64,000 nt of DNA from Bdellovibrionales bacterium (GCA_965197855.1 OZ240230.1:301823-365822); one strand, 5' to 3'; counted from the first letter of the stretch, positions 39,935-49,927 are shown. Program-made: numbers and translations. The notes: a model not told the origin generated them from the sequence alone.

Positions 39935-40460
39935 CCCTAACTCTCATCTTCATGTACTCATAAAAACTACATTTTTCTGCCTTTTGATACAAGTCGTACT
40001 AATGTTCGCTAGTTAAATCATACTGATTTAACTCCCTGTATTAAATACTCCAGTGGAGTATTCAATACAGGTTGTTCACTCAAATTCTGCCTAGACAAAA
40101 AAAAGAGGGACTTATCGTCCCCTCTTCCTTATACATGTGAAAATTTATCAGTAACACTCTCAGCCCTCACCTTCATGTACTCAGAAAAGCATACTTTTCT
40201 GCCTTATATCAAAAGGCACTTAAGTGCCTTTTGATACAAGTCGTACATTCAGTCAAATTCTGCCTAGACAAAAAAAAGAGGGACTTATCGTCCCCTCTTC
40301 CTTATATATGTGAAAATTTATCAGTAACACTCTCAGCCCTCACCTTCATGTACTCAGAAAAGCATACTTTTCTGCCTTATATCAAAAGGCACTTAAGTGC
40401 CTTTTGATACAAGTCGTACATTCAGTCAAATTCTGCCTAGACAAAAAAAAGAGGGACTTA
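39935..40460. repeat. tandem 173-bp repeat array downstream of tRNA-Cys: two full units, one 3' partial unit and one degenerate partial unit
   Basis: Units 40075-40247 and 40248-40420 differ at 2 positions. Partial unit at 40421-40460. Degenerate partial copy at 39935-39999. Each unit has a 30-bp perfect palindrome (40380-40409), an 8-bp hairpin (40355-40374), and a GC-rich stem followed by a T-run on the minus strand. Confidence 0.9.
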
Positions 40461-40478
40461 CAGTTCCTCTTTTTTTTT
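40443..40478 (-). terminator. rho-independent (bidirectional-looking) terminator after tRNA-Cys
   Basis: Stem gagggact / agttcctc flanked by A8 and T9, 22 nt downstream of the tRNA 3' end. Confidence 0.7.
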
Positions 40479-40499
40479 GTTGGTCTGTGACAGAATTTG

Positions 40500-40570
40500 A
40501 GGTGGCGACCGGAGTTGAACCGATGTACGTGGATTTGCAGTCCACTGCCTAACCACTCGGCCACGCCACC
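40500..40570 (-). tRNA. tRNA-Cys (anticodon GCA)
   Basis: Reverse complement ggtggcgtggccgagtggttaggcagtggactGCAaatccac..atcggttcaactccggtcgccacct. Acceptor ggtggcg/cgccacc, loop ctGCAaa and U73 discriminator, typical of Cys. Confidence 0.9.
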
Positions 40571-40579
40571 CACATTTCT

Positions 40580-41152
40580 CTAAGAAGAAGCCTGCTTCAC
40601 CCTCTCCACATAAACACCATCACTCGTATTCACCTTCACCTCATCTCCCTCATTAATATGCAAAGGCACCTGAATAGAAAAACCCGTCTCCAACTCTGCA
40701 GGCTTAAAAGTATTCGATACCGTATTCCCCTTAAAACCAGGATCCGTCTTCTGCACCCTCAACACAACCGACTTCGGAAGCTCAACACTAATCACATTCT
40801 CATTATATAAACACACAGAAACCTGCATATCCCCTTTCAAAAAATGAACGGAATAATCCACTATATCCCTATGCACAGACACCTGCTCATAATTAGAAGT
40901 ATCCATAAAATAAAACTGCTCCCCTTCCCTGTACAAAAAAGACATATCCTTATAAGTAATATCAGGAACTTTAAATTTTTCACCAGACCGAACAGTTAAA
41001 TCCAAGTTTGAACCCGTCATTAAATTTTTTAACTTAGTACGAGTAAATTGATTCCCCTTACCCGGCTTCACATGCTGAAAATCAATAATAACATAAGGTT
41101 GATCCTTCACCAGAATCTTTAAACCTTTTTTAAAATCACTAGTGCCATGCAT
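40580..41152 (-). CDS. efp: translation elongation factor P
   Basis: DFKKGLKILVKDQPYVIIDFQHVKPGKGNQFTRTKLKNLMTG. 190 aa. Confidence 0.95.
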   Translation of the reverse strand: MHGTSDFKKGLKILVKDQPYVIIDFQHVKPGKGNQFTRTKLKNLMTGSNLDLTVRSGEKFKVPDITYKDMSFLYREGEQFYFMDTSNYEQVSVHRDIVDYSVHFLKGDMQVSVCLYNENVISVELPKSVVLRVQKTDPGFKGNTVSNTFKPAELETGFSIQVPLHINEGDEVKVNTSDGVYVERVKQASS

Positions 41153-41185
41153 ATCTATCTATCCCAATAAATCCCTTTCTAAGGG

Positions 41186-41845
41186 CTAATTAATCCGACT
41201 CATTAAATCTCTTAACACTTGTAACTTCCTCTCCCTTTCAGCTTTCATCGTAGGAAATAACTTTTTCCGAGAAACACGAGGAAAAGGAGTCAACATTTGA
41301 TCCAACAACTCTTGTTTTGAAGGCTCCATATTCATATGACACTTTAATGGACGAATCGAGGGTTTCTGATCCAACTCCCTCTGAGACAAATCCTTAGCTA
41401 CCACTTCCAAAGACTGTTCAGAAAAATAATCATAATCATCCAAATGAGCCGAATGAATCTTATTTATAATATCCTGTATCTGTACATCTTGTGGGTTATA
41501 AAGTAACAACATTTCATAAATACACAAAAGCTTTTTCACATCCTTAAACCTTATGTAAAGATCACTTAAATACCGAAGAGATAATAAATGACCAGGCTCT
41601 AAATCCAAAGATTTTTCAAAATGTCCTACCGCTTTTTTATATTTCTTAAGATCAAAATAAATACACCCTAAAACTGCATAACCTTGAGCATAGTTTGGAT
41701 ACCTCTTAATCCCTGATTCACAAACCTGCAGAGCTTTTTGAAATAAACCCTGTCTGCGATAGGCATCCGCCAAAGGAGCAAACATTCTGGGATTTTTATT
41801 CAAAACCCTTAAACTCTGATTTATAAATTTAGAAATATTATCCAT
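41186..41845 (-). CDS. TPR-repeat protein
   Basis: TPR motifs (LADAYRRQGLFQKALQVCESGIKRYPNYAQGYAVLGCIYFDLKKYKKAVGHFEKSLDLEP). Confidence 0.6.
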   Translation of the reverse strand: MDNISKFINQSLRVLNKNPRMFAPLADAYRRQGLFQKALQVCESGIKRYPNYAQGYAVLGCIYFDLKKYKKAVGHFEKSLDLEPGHLLSLRYLSDLYIRFKDVKKLLCIYEMLLLYNPQDVQIQDIINKIHSAHLDDYDYFSEQSLEVVAKDLSQRELDQKPSIRPLKCHMNMEPSKQELLDQMLTPFPRVSRKKLFPTMKAERERKLQVLRDLMSRIN

Positions 41846-42172
41846 AAATTAAGAACACTTTTTTACTTCAAACCTGGTATAAATTCATTATTATTTTATG
41901 CTCTACTACAAAATTAAACACACTAAAAATACCTCTAGCATAAAAAGGTAGAAAAAATTTATTTAAAGAAATAAAGTTGACACGCTGCTCTTAGTATGTT
42001 TTTCACTGTACATCCCATATTCAAGCTCCGTTGCATCTATCTATGTGCATAGTAAAAAAACTTAATACATATAGCCAATAAGAAGTTAATAACCCACCCA
42101 ATATATCAAAAGGTCATCTCTATAAAAAAAAGGATAATGTCAATGCTCAAAATTATTGATATATTTTTATAA

Positions 42173-42685
42173 ATGAAAATAAAAATAATGGGACTTGATC
42201 CCGGCACATTAAACATGGGTTATGGTATTTTATCTGTCGACTCCAGTTCAATTTCATGGATAGACGCCGGAGTACTTACTTCATCTAAAAAACCTGTAGG
42301 TCAAAGAATATTTGAATTAAATGACAGTTTACAAAATATTTTTAAAAAACATCAGCCTGATCACTTTGCCATCGAAAAAGTCTTTTTTGGAAAGAACCCA
42401 AAAAGCGCTTTTACCCTTGGTCAAGCTTTTAGCATCGGTCTGCTCAACGCTTATCAAAATTCATGCAAAGTTTTTGAGTACGAAACACGAGTGATTAAAA
42501 AGTCCGTCACAGGTACCGGCTCAGCTTCTAAAGAAAGTGTGGCTTTTGTTGTAAAAAATATTTTAAAAATAGAAAAAGAAATAACGCCTATGGATAAATC
42601 AGATGCCCTAGCCGTAGCTTTATGTCATGCTTATCGTTGTCAAAACCAATGGATGCAAGAACAAAGCATCTCATCAATAGGATAA
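42173..42685 (+). CDS. ruvC: crossover junction endodeoxyribonuclease RuvC
   Basis: IMGLDPGTLNMGYGIL and AIEKVFFGKNPKSAF..DALAVALCH motifs. Confidence 0.9.
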   Translation: MKIKIMGLDPGTLNMGYGILSVDSSSISWIDAGVLTSSKKPVGQRIFELNDSLQNIFKKHQPDHFAIEKVFFGKNPKSAFTLGQAFSIGLLNAYQNSCKVFEYETRVIKKSVTGTGSASKESVAFVVKNILKIEKEITPMDKSDALAVALCHAYRCQNQWMQEQSISSIG

Positions 42686-42688
42686 CCT

Positions 42689-43255
42689 ATGCTGGCATAT
42701 CTAAAAGGAACTGTGATGAGCATCTACCCAGGAGGTCGACTGATCCTGGATGTACAAAATGTAGGTTATGAAATTTTTACCCCTGCAATACCACAAATGG
42801 GCGAGTCTATTGAATTTTGGATATACACTCATGTGCGAGAAGACACCTTTTCCCTCTATGGCTTCCTAGATGAAAAAGAAAAAGAAGTTTTTATTTCTCT
42901 CATTGGAATTAACGGAGTAGGCCCTAAATCAGCCTTAAGTATTTTATCTTCAGTTCCCTATGCCCAACTCATGGAGCAAATTGAATCAGAAGACTTAACA
43001 GCCTTGTGTCAACTTCCAAAAATTGGAAAGAAAACAGCTGGACAAATGATTCTTTCCTTAAAAGGCAAATGGCCTTCTGTAAACACAACGACAATAGACC
43101 CTGTCCATCAAAATATAAAAGATGAAATCTCTACAGCACTTTTGAGATTAGGTTTTCGATCCACTGAGGTCAAACCTGTGCTAGATAAAATTGATATCAA
43201 ACAAGGAACAAAGGAAGGTCTTCGGCAAGCTCTTTCTATTTTGCAAAATTTATAA
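42689..43255 (+). CDS. ruvA: Holliday junction DNA helicase RuvA
   Basis: MLAYLKG..ILDVQNVGYEI..REDTFSLYGF and the HhH region INGVGPKSALSILS. Confidence 0.9.
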   Translation: MLAYLKGTVMSIYPGGRLILDVQNVGYEIFTPAIPQMGESIEFWIYTHVREDTFSLYGFLDEKEKEVFISLIGINGVGPKSALSILSSVPYAQLMEQIESEDLTALCQLPKIGKKTAGQMILSLKGKWPSVNTTTIDPVHQNIKDEISTALLRLGFRSTEVKPVLDKIDIKQGTKEGLRQALSILQNL

Positions 43256-43265
43256 GGTTGTTTAA

Positions 43266-44228
43266 ATGTCACAAAATAATATAAAAGAAACTCTTCGTCC
43301 TTTGAATTTTAAAGATTTTCCCGGCCAAGAAAAAATCAAAGAAAGATTAGAAATTTTTTTGACTGCATCCAAAAGAAGAGGAGAACCCTTAGACCATTGT
43401 TTATTTTCAGGACCACCCGGATTAGGCAAAACCACTTTAGCTCAGATTATAGCTCATCGTCAGGGTGTTGGTTTTCGCGCAACTACAGGCCCCGCTATTC
43501 GCAGAAAAGGAGACTTGGCGGCTTTAATCACCACTATTCAAAAAGGCACTGTTCTTTTTATTGATGAAATCCACCGCCTTCTTAAAGACGTTGAAGAATA
43601 TTTATATACAGCCATGGAAGATTTCTACATTGATGTCATGACAGGTGAAGGATTAGGGGCAAAAAGTGTACGCTTCAAGCTTCCTCCTTTTACTTTAATT
43701 GGAGCTACCACCAGAATTGGGCTATTAAATGCTCCTTTCAGAGACCGTTTTGGTATTGTTGAACGTCTGTCTTATTACAATGAAGAATCTCTACAAAGCA
43801 TCATTAAAAGATCTTCCAAATTTTTAAATGTGAATATCGATGAAACTGGAGCTTTTGAAATTGCAAAAAGATCTAGAGGCACCCCACGTGTAGCCAACCG
43901 TCTTTTAAAGAGGATACGCGATTATATGGAAGTAAAAAATTATAAAATCCTCAATCAAAAAACAGTCAATGAAGGTCTCAACAATCTGGGAGTTGATGGA
44001 AAAGGTTTAACCTATATGGATAAAAAAATTCTCCATCTCATGCAAAAAGAATTTAACTCAGGTCCTGTAGGGATTGACGCTTTAGCCTCCTCCCTGAATG
44101 AAGATACAGGAACTATAGAAGATGTTTATGAACCCTTCTTAGTGCAACAGGGTTTTATACAAAGAAGCCCAAAAGGCAGAGTCCTGACAGAATCAGGGAG
44201 ATCTTATATTAAAAAGGACGAGCTATAG
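43266..44228 (+). CDS. ruvB: Holliday junction DNA helicase RuvB
   Basis: LRPLNFKDFPGQ, GPPGLGKTTLA, LFIDEIHRL, GATTR and RGTPRVANRLLKR. Confidence 0.95.
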   Translation: MSQNNIKETLRPLNFKDFPGQEKIKERLEIFLTASKRRGEPLDHCLFSGPPGLGKTTLAQIIAHRQGVGFRATTGPAIRRKGDLAALITTIQKGTVLFIDEIHRLLKDVEEYLYTAMEDFYIDVMTGEGLGAKSVRFKLPPFTLIGATTRIGLLNAPFRDRFGIVERLSYYNEESLQSIIKRSSKFLNVNIDETGAFEIAKRSRGTPRVANRLLKRIRDYMEVKNYKILNQKTVNEGLNNLGVDGKGLTYMDKKILHLMQKEFNSGPVGIDALASSLNEDTGTIEDVYEPFLVQQGFIQRSPKGRVLTESGRSYIKKDEL

Positions 44229-45006
44229 GTTTCCCTTTTCCTAAAGAAATACGAATATGATTAAAATCCTCAGTGCTTAATAGAAGCACCCCTTTGTTAT
44301 TCAACCTTCTAACAGTTCGAAAATGGGGATGCCCATAACGCCTCTTACGAGCGCTGGCCACAGCTAAATTTAGATGAGGCAAGCTTGTTAATAAAAAATT
44401 TGAAGTGGATGAACTGCTCCCATGATGTCCGACAATAAGCACTTGAATAGGATCTTCAATTAAATGACTCCAATATTTTTCCATTCGATTATTGGAATCT
44501 CCAGGAATTAAAACTCGATTTTTAACAACAAAAATACGACTGGATTCATTGGAATTTTTAGGCTGAATTGTATCCGGCCAAAGTAATTCTTTAATACTGG
44601 AATGATTTTGAGCTATACAGGGAGGAATTCTTTGAATCATCCTGCGTTTTTTTCGACTTTGAGGAAGACCTTGTCCTGGCAACACCACTCGACAAAGAGA
44701 TGGAAATATACGTTTAGCCTGAGAGGAAAATTTAATATGATCCCAATCCCAATGTGTATAATGCACTTTATTTTTTTTATTGCGGCAAAGTTTAAAAACT
44801 TTCTTCTTAGGAAATTTCCCCTCCTCTCCTCCCATATCAAAATGGTGGCAGTATTTATCTGACAAATAAGTGACCATTTGACCTTGCCCAACAGCCCATA
44901 CAATGAGCTGATCTTCCTTAAAACTCTCTTGTTTATTGAATAAAAAAGATAAAAATAGAGGCAGTACAGGTATAAACAGAATAAACTTTAACTTTTGTGA
45001 CAGCAA
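44209..45006 (-). CDS. comEC: ComEC/Rec2 C-terminal metallo-beta-lactamase-fold domain (separate ORF)
   Basis: MBL motifs (VGQGQ..; YTHWDWDHI; GDS; VGHHGS). TTG start overlapping the upstream competence-domain ORF by 19 nt in another frame. Confidence 0.7.
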   Translation of the reverse strand: MLSQKLKFILFIPVLPLFLSFLFNKQESFKEDQLIVWAVGQGQMVTYLSDKYCHHFDMGGEEGKFPKKKVFKLCRNKKNKVHYTHWDWDHIKFSSQAKRIFPSLCRVVLPGQGLPQSRKKRRMIQRIPPCIAQNHSSIKELLWPDTIQPKNSNESSRIFVVKNRVLIPGDSNNRMEKYWSHLIEDPIQVLIVGHHGSSSSTSNFLLTSLPHLNLAVASARKRRYGHPHFRTVRRLNNKGVLLLSTEDFNHIRISLGKGKPIARPF

Positions 45007-45860
45007 ACCAACACTCCTTGGCTAATAAGAAATATTAAACCAATATAAAGCCAGATCCAATATCCTTGTATAGGATAAACATAAAAAGGTACTTGTTCCA
45101 AAAAAGGTTGTAATAATTGTAAAAATTGAATCAATTTTAGCCAGAAGTATGAAGTAATTTGATAACAAAAAGGAAAAATAAAACTCAACACAGAAAGAGG
45201 AAATAAGGTCACTGATATAATGGGATAAAAAATCCAATTCACTCCGGTCGTCAGGGGGTGAAGAGAAGTCCATTGACTTAAAACAGGTAGAATTAATATG
45301 TAGCAAAGAACACAAGAGAGAAATTTTGAATAACGGGAAGAAACGAAACCCAAAGCTCCGATCAAACTCAGTTGAAGACTTATAGATGTGACCCAGCTCG
45401 GATTAAATATTAAGCTTAAAACACCACTTAACATAATTCTCCAGTAAGGACTCCAAAAAAGCTGAAACATATTTGAAAAACGATGAAGAAAAAAAGATAT
45501 TAAAGCCCGAAAGACAGGAGGATGTAATCCTGCCATAAGAGTATAGACAATCAAAGTGAATGCAATAAATACATTCTTGAAAGGCCAATGAGGAAGTTTC
45601 GACCACATCCTTTCCAGAAAAATCAAATGAGCACCAGAAACAACCATTAAGTGAATCAGTCCCAAGTGAGTAAATACATCTCTTGTGGCACCTGTTGGAA
45701 GTCTTTTACCACACAACAAAGCCAAGTAAATATCTATCTGATCCGGATGACTTTGATAAACACGTTGAATACACCAAGAATGTAATTGTTCAGACAAAGG
45801 AAATAAAAAATCCAAATCAAAAGGATTTATAGAAATTAAAATATTAAAAATGCCCAGCAT
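44988..45860 (-). CDS. comEC: ComEC/Rec2 competence (membrane channel) domain (separate ORF)
   Basis: Polytopic membrane protein with the ComEC motif GLIHLMVVSGAHL. No N-terminal OB/DUF4131 region. Confidence 0.7.
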   Translation of the reverse strand: MLGIFNILISINPFDLDFLFPLSEQLHSWCIQRVYQSHPDQIDIYLALLCGKRLPTGATRDVFTHLGLIHLMVVSGAHLIFLERMWSKLPHWPFKNVFIAFTLIVYTLMAGLHPPVFRALISFFLHRFSNMFQLFWSPYWRIMLSGVLSLIFNPSWVTSISLQLSLIGALGFVSSRYSKFLSCVLCYILILPVLSQWTSLHPLTTGVNWIFYPIISVTLFPLSVLSFIFPFCYQITSYFWLKLIQFLQLLQPFLEQVPFYVYPIQGYWIWLYIGLIFLISQGVLVCCHKS

Positions 45861-45901
45861 TTATCTTTTAAATATTTTTAAAAAAATCATGCAAATATTC
45901 C

Positions 45902-47320
45902 CTAACAAAACCTTAATTGATGAAAAGGTTTTAAAGTTAATAAAGTGGATTTCTCAATATCCTGAGGAGTGATCTCTTCTCTTTCTTCCAAATCCGCTAA
46001 AGTGCGGGCCACACGAAGTACAGCAATCTTTCGTCTATAAGAAGAAACTGTCGAAGGCAGTATATTTTTTAAAATAAAAGGACTGATTTGATTTTTTAAT
46101 TCATTCCAGCTTAAAAGCCCATTGACTTTTGTTTGATATCTTTTCTGCCTCATAGAACCAGTTCGATCCACTTTATCTCTAATACTTTCCAAAGAGACCT
46201 TCAAAGGCCCTTTCCAAAAAGAAGAAAGAGCCAATATATCAAACCGATCCAGCATAGGACCGCTTAAACGATCCAAACAAGATCTGCATTTTCTAAGAGA
46301 ATAAGAACATGAAAAATTTTCTCCAGGTATATACGAACCACAAGGACATAAATTAGTTGCCGCTACCAGCATAAACCGAGCAGGAAAAAAAACTCCTTCT
46401 CCCTTTCGAGAAATACATATTTCACCTTTTTCTATAGGCTCTCTTAAAGCTTCCTGTACTTTGTATTGGAATTCCAAATACTCATCCAAAAATAAAACCC
46501 CTGAATGCGCTTTTGAAATTTCCCCCATAAAAGGAGGAGACCCCCCTCCAATCATCGATAGTGGTGGTGTGCTATGATGAGGAGAGATAAAGGGTCTCCA
46601 GTCCAATTGATTACCAAAATATTTAGAGATTTTCTTGGATGTTTTAAAATCCTTCTCATTAGGATTTCTAAGCAAGTAAGGAATATGTGTGGCTAGTGTG
46701 GTTTTTCCAGAACCGGCCTCCCCTCCAAGTAAAACAGAATGTTCACCACTGGCAATGACCTCTAGTAAAAAGGCTGAATTTTCTGAAAATTGGATGATTG
46801 GAAGCTCCGGTCTTTTGATCCAATGTGATAAAGGCTTAGATTCTACAAATTGAGGATTGGACAACTCTTTTAAACTTTCCACAAGATACAAATCATTAAA
46901 AAATTCTTCATCTTCTATCCTTCCAGTTAATATCGGTTGCTGGTCAATCTGAACCCAATCAGGAGGGGCCGCAACTTGGCCATCCAAAGTAACCTCTCCG
47001 TAGATAAACTGATCTTCACTCATAGAAATAGGCGGTTCAATTTGCTGGGTTTTCCAAAGTAAAGCGCAGGCAATAGCCAAGTCCAAACCTTGACTGGTTT
47101 TTTTTATATAAGCCGGACGTAAATTGATTGTAATTTGTTTTTTATTGGGCCATTTAAAATTTTGTGCATGAAAAGCAGTTTTAATACGTGAAATGCATTC
47201 CCTGATAGAAGGATCCGCCAAACCAATAATTTCTACTTTTGGAAGCCCTGAAGTTAAAGACAACTCCACTTCACATGGAATCATTCGATATCCTTCTTTA
47301 GCAAAAGAAATAATTCTCAT
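45902..47320 (-). CDS. comM: Mg-chelatase-like ATPase YifB/ComM
   Basis: N-terminal Lon-protease-like fold (EVELSLTSGLPKVEIIGL), AAA+ Walker A GEAGSGKTT, LFLDE and a C-terminal ChlI-like region. Confidence 0.85.
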   Translation of the reverse strand: MRIISFAKEGYRMIPCEVELSLTSGLPKVEIIGLADPSIRECISRIKTAFHAQNFKWPNKKQITINLRPAYIKKTSQGLDLAIACALLWKTQQIEPPISMSEDQFIYGEVTLDGQVAAPPDWVQIDQQPILTGRIEDEEFFNDLYLVESLKELSNPQFVESKPLSHWIKRPELPIIQFSENSAFLLEVIASGEHSVLLGGEAGSGKTTLATHIPYLLRNPNEKDFKTSKKISKYFGNQLDWRPFISPHHSTPPLSMIGGGSPPFMGEISKAHSGVLFLDEYLEFQYKVQEALREPIEKGEICISRKGEGVFFPARFMLVAATNLCPCGSYIPGENFSCSYSLRKCRSCLDRLSGPMLDRFDILALSSFWKGPLKVSLESIRDKVDRTGSMRQKRYQTKVNGLLSWNELKNQISPFILKNILPSTVSSYRRKIAVLRVARTLADLEEREEITPQDIEKSTLLTLKPFHQLRFC

Positions 47321-47421
47321 GCTTAGGGATATGCAATTTCCCTGACAGGCTATAAAGTGATTAAATGACTCAATAAGAAACTAAGTACGTCCAATTTTGG
47401 TCAGCAGTAGATCATTTTTGA

Positions 47422-47946
47422 TCAGTTTGGATCCTCTTGGGGTTTCCAGCGAACTTCAACATTACCAAAATCCTCTCGAATTTCTACATCTTCTAAAGAT
47501 AGGCCTTCTTGGTCTTCCTTAAAGACATCTAAATCTCTTCTGACTCTTAGTTTTTCAAACAAAGATTCATGAACCAAAGACTTCAAATTAGTATCTTTCT
47601 TAACCATACCTTCTTGGTCAATACTCTCTACTTCTGGATCAGGGACAGAAGGTTCAGGTGTTTGAGCCAATTGTCGCACCTCAGGCTCCTTGATAGTCTC
47701 TGTTTTTTTTGTTTTCATCAGTTGAAGACTTACCTGTCCTTCACTAGAAGAAGAATGTTCATTGCTTTGAATTTCCTCTACCACTTCTAATAAATCTTGA
47801 TCAGGCTGGCTTTTTTTTAACAAATTATTTTCAAGCAAATTTTTCTTTTCCACTCGTTCCTCAACTTTGGTTTTCTGAGAGGAATCCATGTTTGAAAATG
47901 CAAAATGAACTATAAATAAACTAGATATAAGGAATAAGGTTTTCAT
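47422..47946 (-). CDS. secreted acidic hypothetical protein
   Basis: Signal peptide MKTLFLISSLFIVHFAFS with Glu/Lys-rich low complexity. Confidence 0.4.
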   Translation of the reverse strand: MKTLFLISSLFIVHFAFSNMDSSQKTKVEERVEKKNLLENNLLKKSQPDQDLLEVVEEIQSNEHSSSSEGQVSLQLMKTKKTETIKEPEVRQLAQTPEPSVPDPEVESIDQEGMVKKDTNLKSLVHESLFEKLRVRRDLDVFKEDQEGLSLEDVEIREDFGNVEVRWKPQEDPN

Positions 47947-48136
47947 ATACTCCTTTTTTCGGCTTTTTCTTTAATACCCTTAAGAAAGGTCTACAGAGAT
48001 GATTCGTATCCCTCTGCATTTCAACAAGTGCATTTTATTTATCACCAATAAGAGTATAACACTTTTTAAGACAAAGGGCTAGACGAACAACAAAAACCAC
48101 AAATATTTGCAGTTTTGAAAAATTTACACGATGATA

Positions 48137-48607
48137 TTATTTCTTAAACAGACTGGATATCTTTCTAAAAAGGTTTAAAACGGGTGTGTCAGGAAGAGAA
48201 GAGAGAGCGTCTTGATTCTCTGCTGTTTTCTTAAGTAGTGATATCTTAGCATGTATTTCATCCATATTTAAAAATTGAGCAAAGTAATCCTGAACTTTTT
48301 TCAAGAAAGCCTCTTCTGAAGAAGTTAATATTTGATCTTTCCAAAAAAGCAGACGCACAAAATACACACTTTGACTGCGATCTGATAGATCTGTAATTTC
48401 AGGTAAAATTTCATCCACTGACACTGGGGTCTTTAATTCTTTTTTCAAAAGATTTAATTGTTCTTCATTAAAATCAAGCTCTGAAAGATAGTTTTCAACC
48501 ATTTTTAGTTCTGCTTCATCCACTCTGTCATCAGCATGAACAGCACTGACTACAAGCCTCCACATATTAAAATAGCTTTTTGTCATTTCTTTTTTGTTCT
48601 TATCCAT
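48137..48607 (-). CDS. hypothetical protein, possibly TerB-like
   Basis: VVSAVHADDRVDEAELKMVENYL resembles the TerB/DjlA-N helical motif. Weak evidence. Confidence 0.3.
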   Translation of the reverse strand: MDKNKKEMTKSYFNMWRLVVSAVHADDRVDEAELKMVENYLSELDFNEEQLNLLKKELKTPVSVDEILPEITDLSDRSQSVYFVRLLFWKDQILTSSEEAFLKKVQDYFAQFLNMDEIHAKISLLKKTAENQDALSSLPDTPVLNLFRKISSLFKK

Positions 48608-48711
48608 ATATTTTCCTCAACAAAGGTTTATTAACCATATAATCGGATACAATTGAAAAGTTGTTAAACTATAAGATTCTTTTTTTCAGATATTTTTGAT
48701 CTAAAACCGTT

Positions 48712-48999
48712 TTAATTTAAGGAAGGTACACACCACTGCAAAGAACCAAGGCACCTTAACATTTCCTTTTGAGTGCCTTCTGGACAGTTCTTGGGACCGC
48801 CAGGCACATTGAGAACAACATAAGAATGTTCTTTAATTGTTTCTAAACTAGCTTTACAACATCCACTTTTTGAGGAACAGAGACTATCTAGATCGACAGA
48901 TAAAGAGTTGTTGGGTTGAACTGTTTTATGTGTTTGAGAAGCACAACCAAAATAACTCAACAAACATACAGTTAATACCAATAACAGTTTCATCATCAA
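48712..48999 (-). CDS. small Cys-rich lipoprotein
   Basis: Lipobox LSYFGC with 7 further Cys in about 75 mature residues. Confidence 0.4.
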   Translation of the reverse strand: MMMKLLLVLTVCLLSYFGCASQTHKTVQPNNSLSVDLDSLCSSKSGCCKASLETIKEHSYVVLNVPGGPKNCPEGTQKEMLRCLGSLQWCVPSLN

Positions 49000-49137
49000 T
49001 GGTACCCCTTACAAAAGGTGAGAAACATATATTTTACTCATCATTAATAAGAAAGTAAAGACTTAACCTGGATTGAGTACACGAACTGTGTGCGACTATT
49101 CATTGTTAAAAAAGACTCTACTGGAGTACCTATTTGG

Positions 49138-49926
49138 CTATAAATTATCTAAAATCTGTTGAGCAGAATCTCGAATGGCAATATTTATACTGTCGTCTGT
49201 AATCAGATTTTTTAATAATGCGCTTACATCATTATTCAAGATATTCATTTTCCCTAAGAACTGAATACAGTTTATAATAATAAGAGTATTAATTTTAGAT
49301 CCACTTTCAATCTCACTTTGTATCACATTCATCAAAGTTCTGTGAATATATCTCACAACAGACTGCGCTCTACTTCGAGCTTTTCTATACTTATTCTTAC
49401 TCCACTTACCATAATTCATTCCATCCATAAACCCACTCAAAGAAATTTCTGCTTGTAATCTATCTAATTTGTCTAATCTCAAAGATTCTATAGAATAAAT
49501 AGTATTCAAAAGTTCCAAGGCCACCATACGTATTCTTGTATTGGTATTATTCTGTAACAAATCAAATAGATATCTATGCAATAAAGGATGATATTGAAGC
49601 TTTTCATCAGACAAAACGTCGATCATTCCCACCTTTATAAACGGATCTGTAGTTTGTCTATCCAAAGATTCTTGATCTTGAATGGTTTTCAAATGGTACA
49701 CTAAAATAGCTCGCAAATACTCTTCAGCCGTTTGTCGCACACTTAAGTTATTACTACTTAATAACTGCACTAAATAACTCTGTGTTTTATAATCAAATAT
49801 ATAATCTTCTTGTGTAAGAATAAGAACACGTACCTTGGTAGAAGGGTCATTTCTTAGGGCTCTGTTGAAACTTTTTTCAATTTGAGTAATCATTGTATTA
49901 ATATACATACTACTTAGAGGGTCCAC
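49138..49926 (-). CDS. HEAT-like repeat protein, C-terminal two-thirds homolog of 50378-51529
   Basis: ITQIEKSFNRALRNDPSTKVR..YLVQLL.. aligns with IGQIEKSLKRALRDDPSTDLR..YLVQFL.. of the upstream paralog. GTG start lies 1 nt after the stop of 49928-50293. Confidence 0.45.
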   Translation of the reverse strand: MDPLSSMYINTMITQIEKSFNRALRNDPSTKVRVLILTQEDYIFDYKTQSYLVQLLSSNNLSVRQTAEEYLRAILVYHLKTIQDQESLDRQTTDPFIKVGMIDVLSDEKLQYHPLLHRYLFDLLQNNTNTRIRMVALELLNTIYSIESLRLDKLDRLQAEISLSGFMDGMNYGKWSKNKYRKARSRAQSVVRYIHRTLMNVIQSEIESGSKINTLIIINCIQFLGKMNILNNDVSALLKNLITDDSINIAIRDSAQQILDNL

Positions 49927-49927
49927 A

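Noticed and set aside
39935-40480. CRISPR array near tRNA-Cys (and similarly 26191-26573 near tRNA-His)
   Set aside because: The repeats are long (173-200 bp) and contiguous, with no unique spacers and no short 25-40-bp repeat periodicity. No cas genes are in the window.
40382-40573. 63-aa ORF
   Set aside because: It overlaps tRNA-Cys and its terminator on the same strand, so it is a spurious translation of the RNA gene and repeat.
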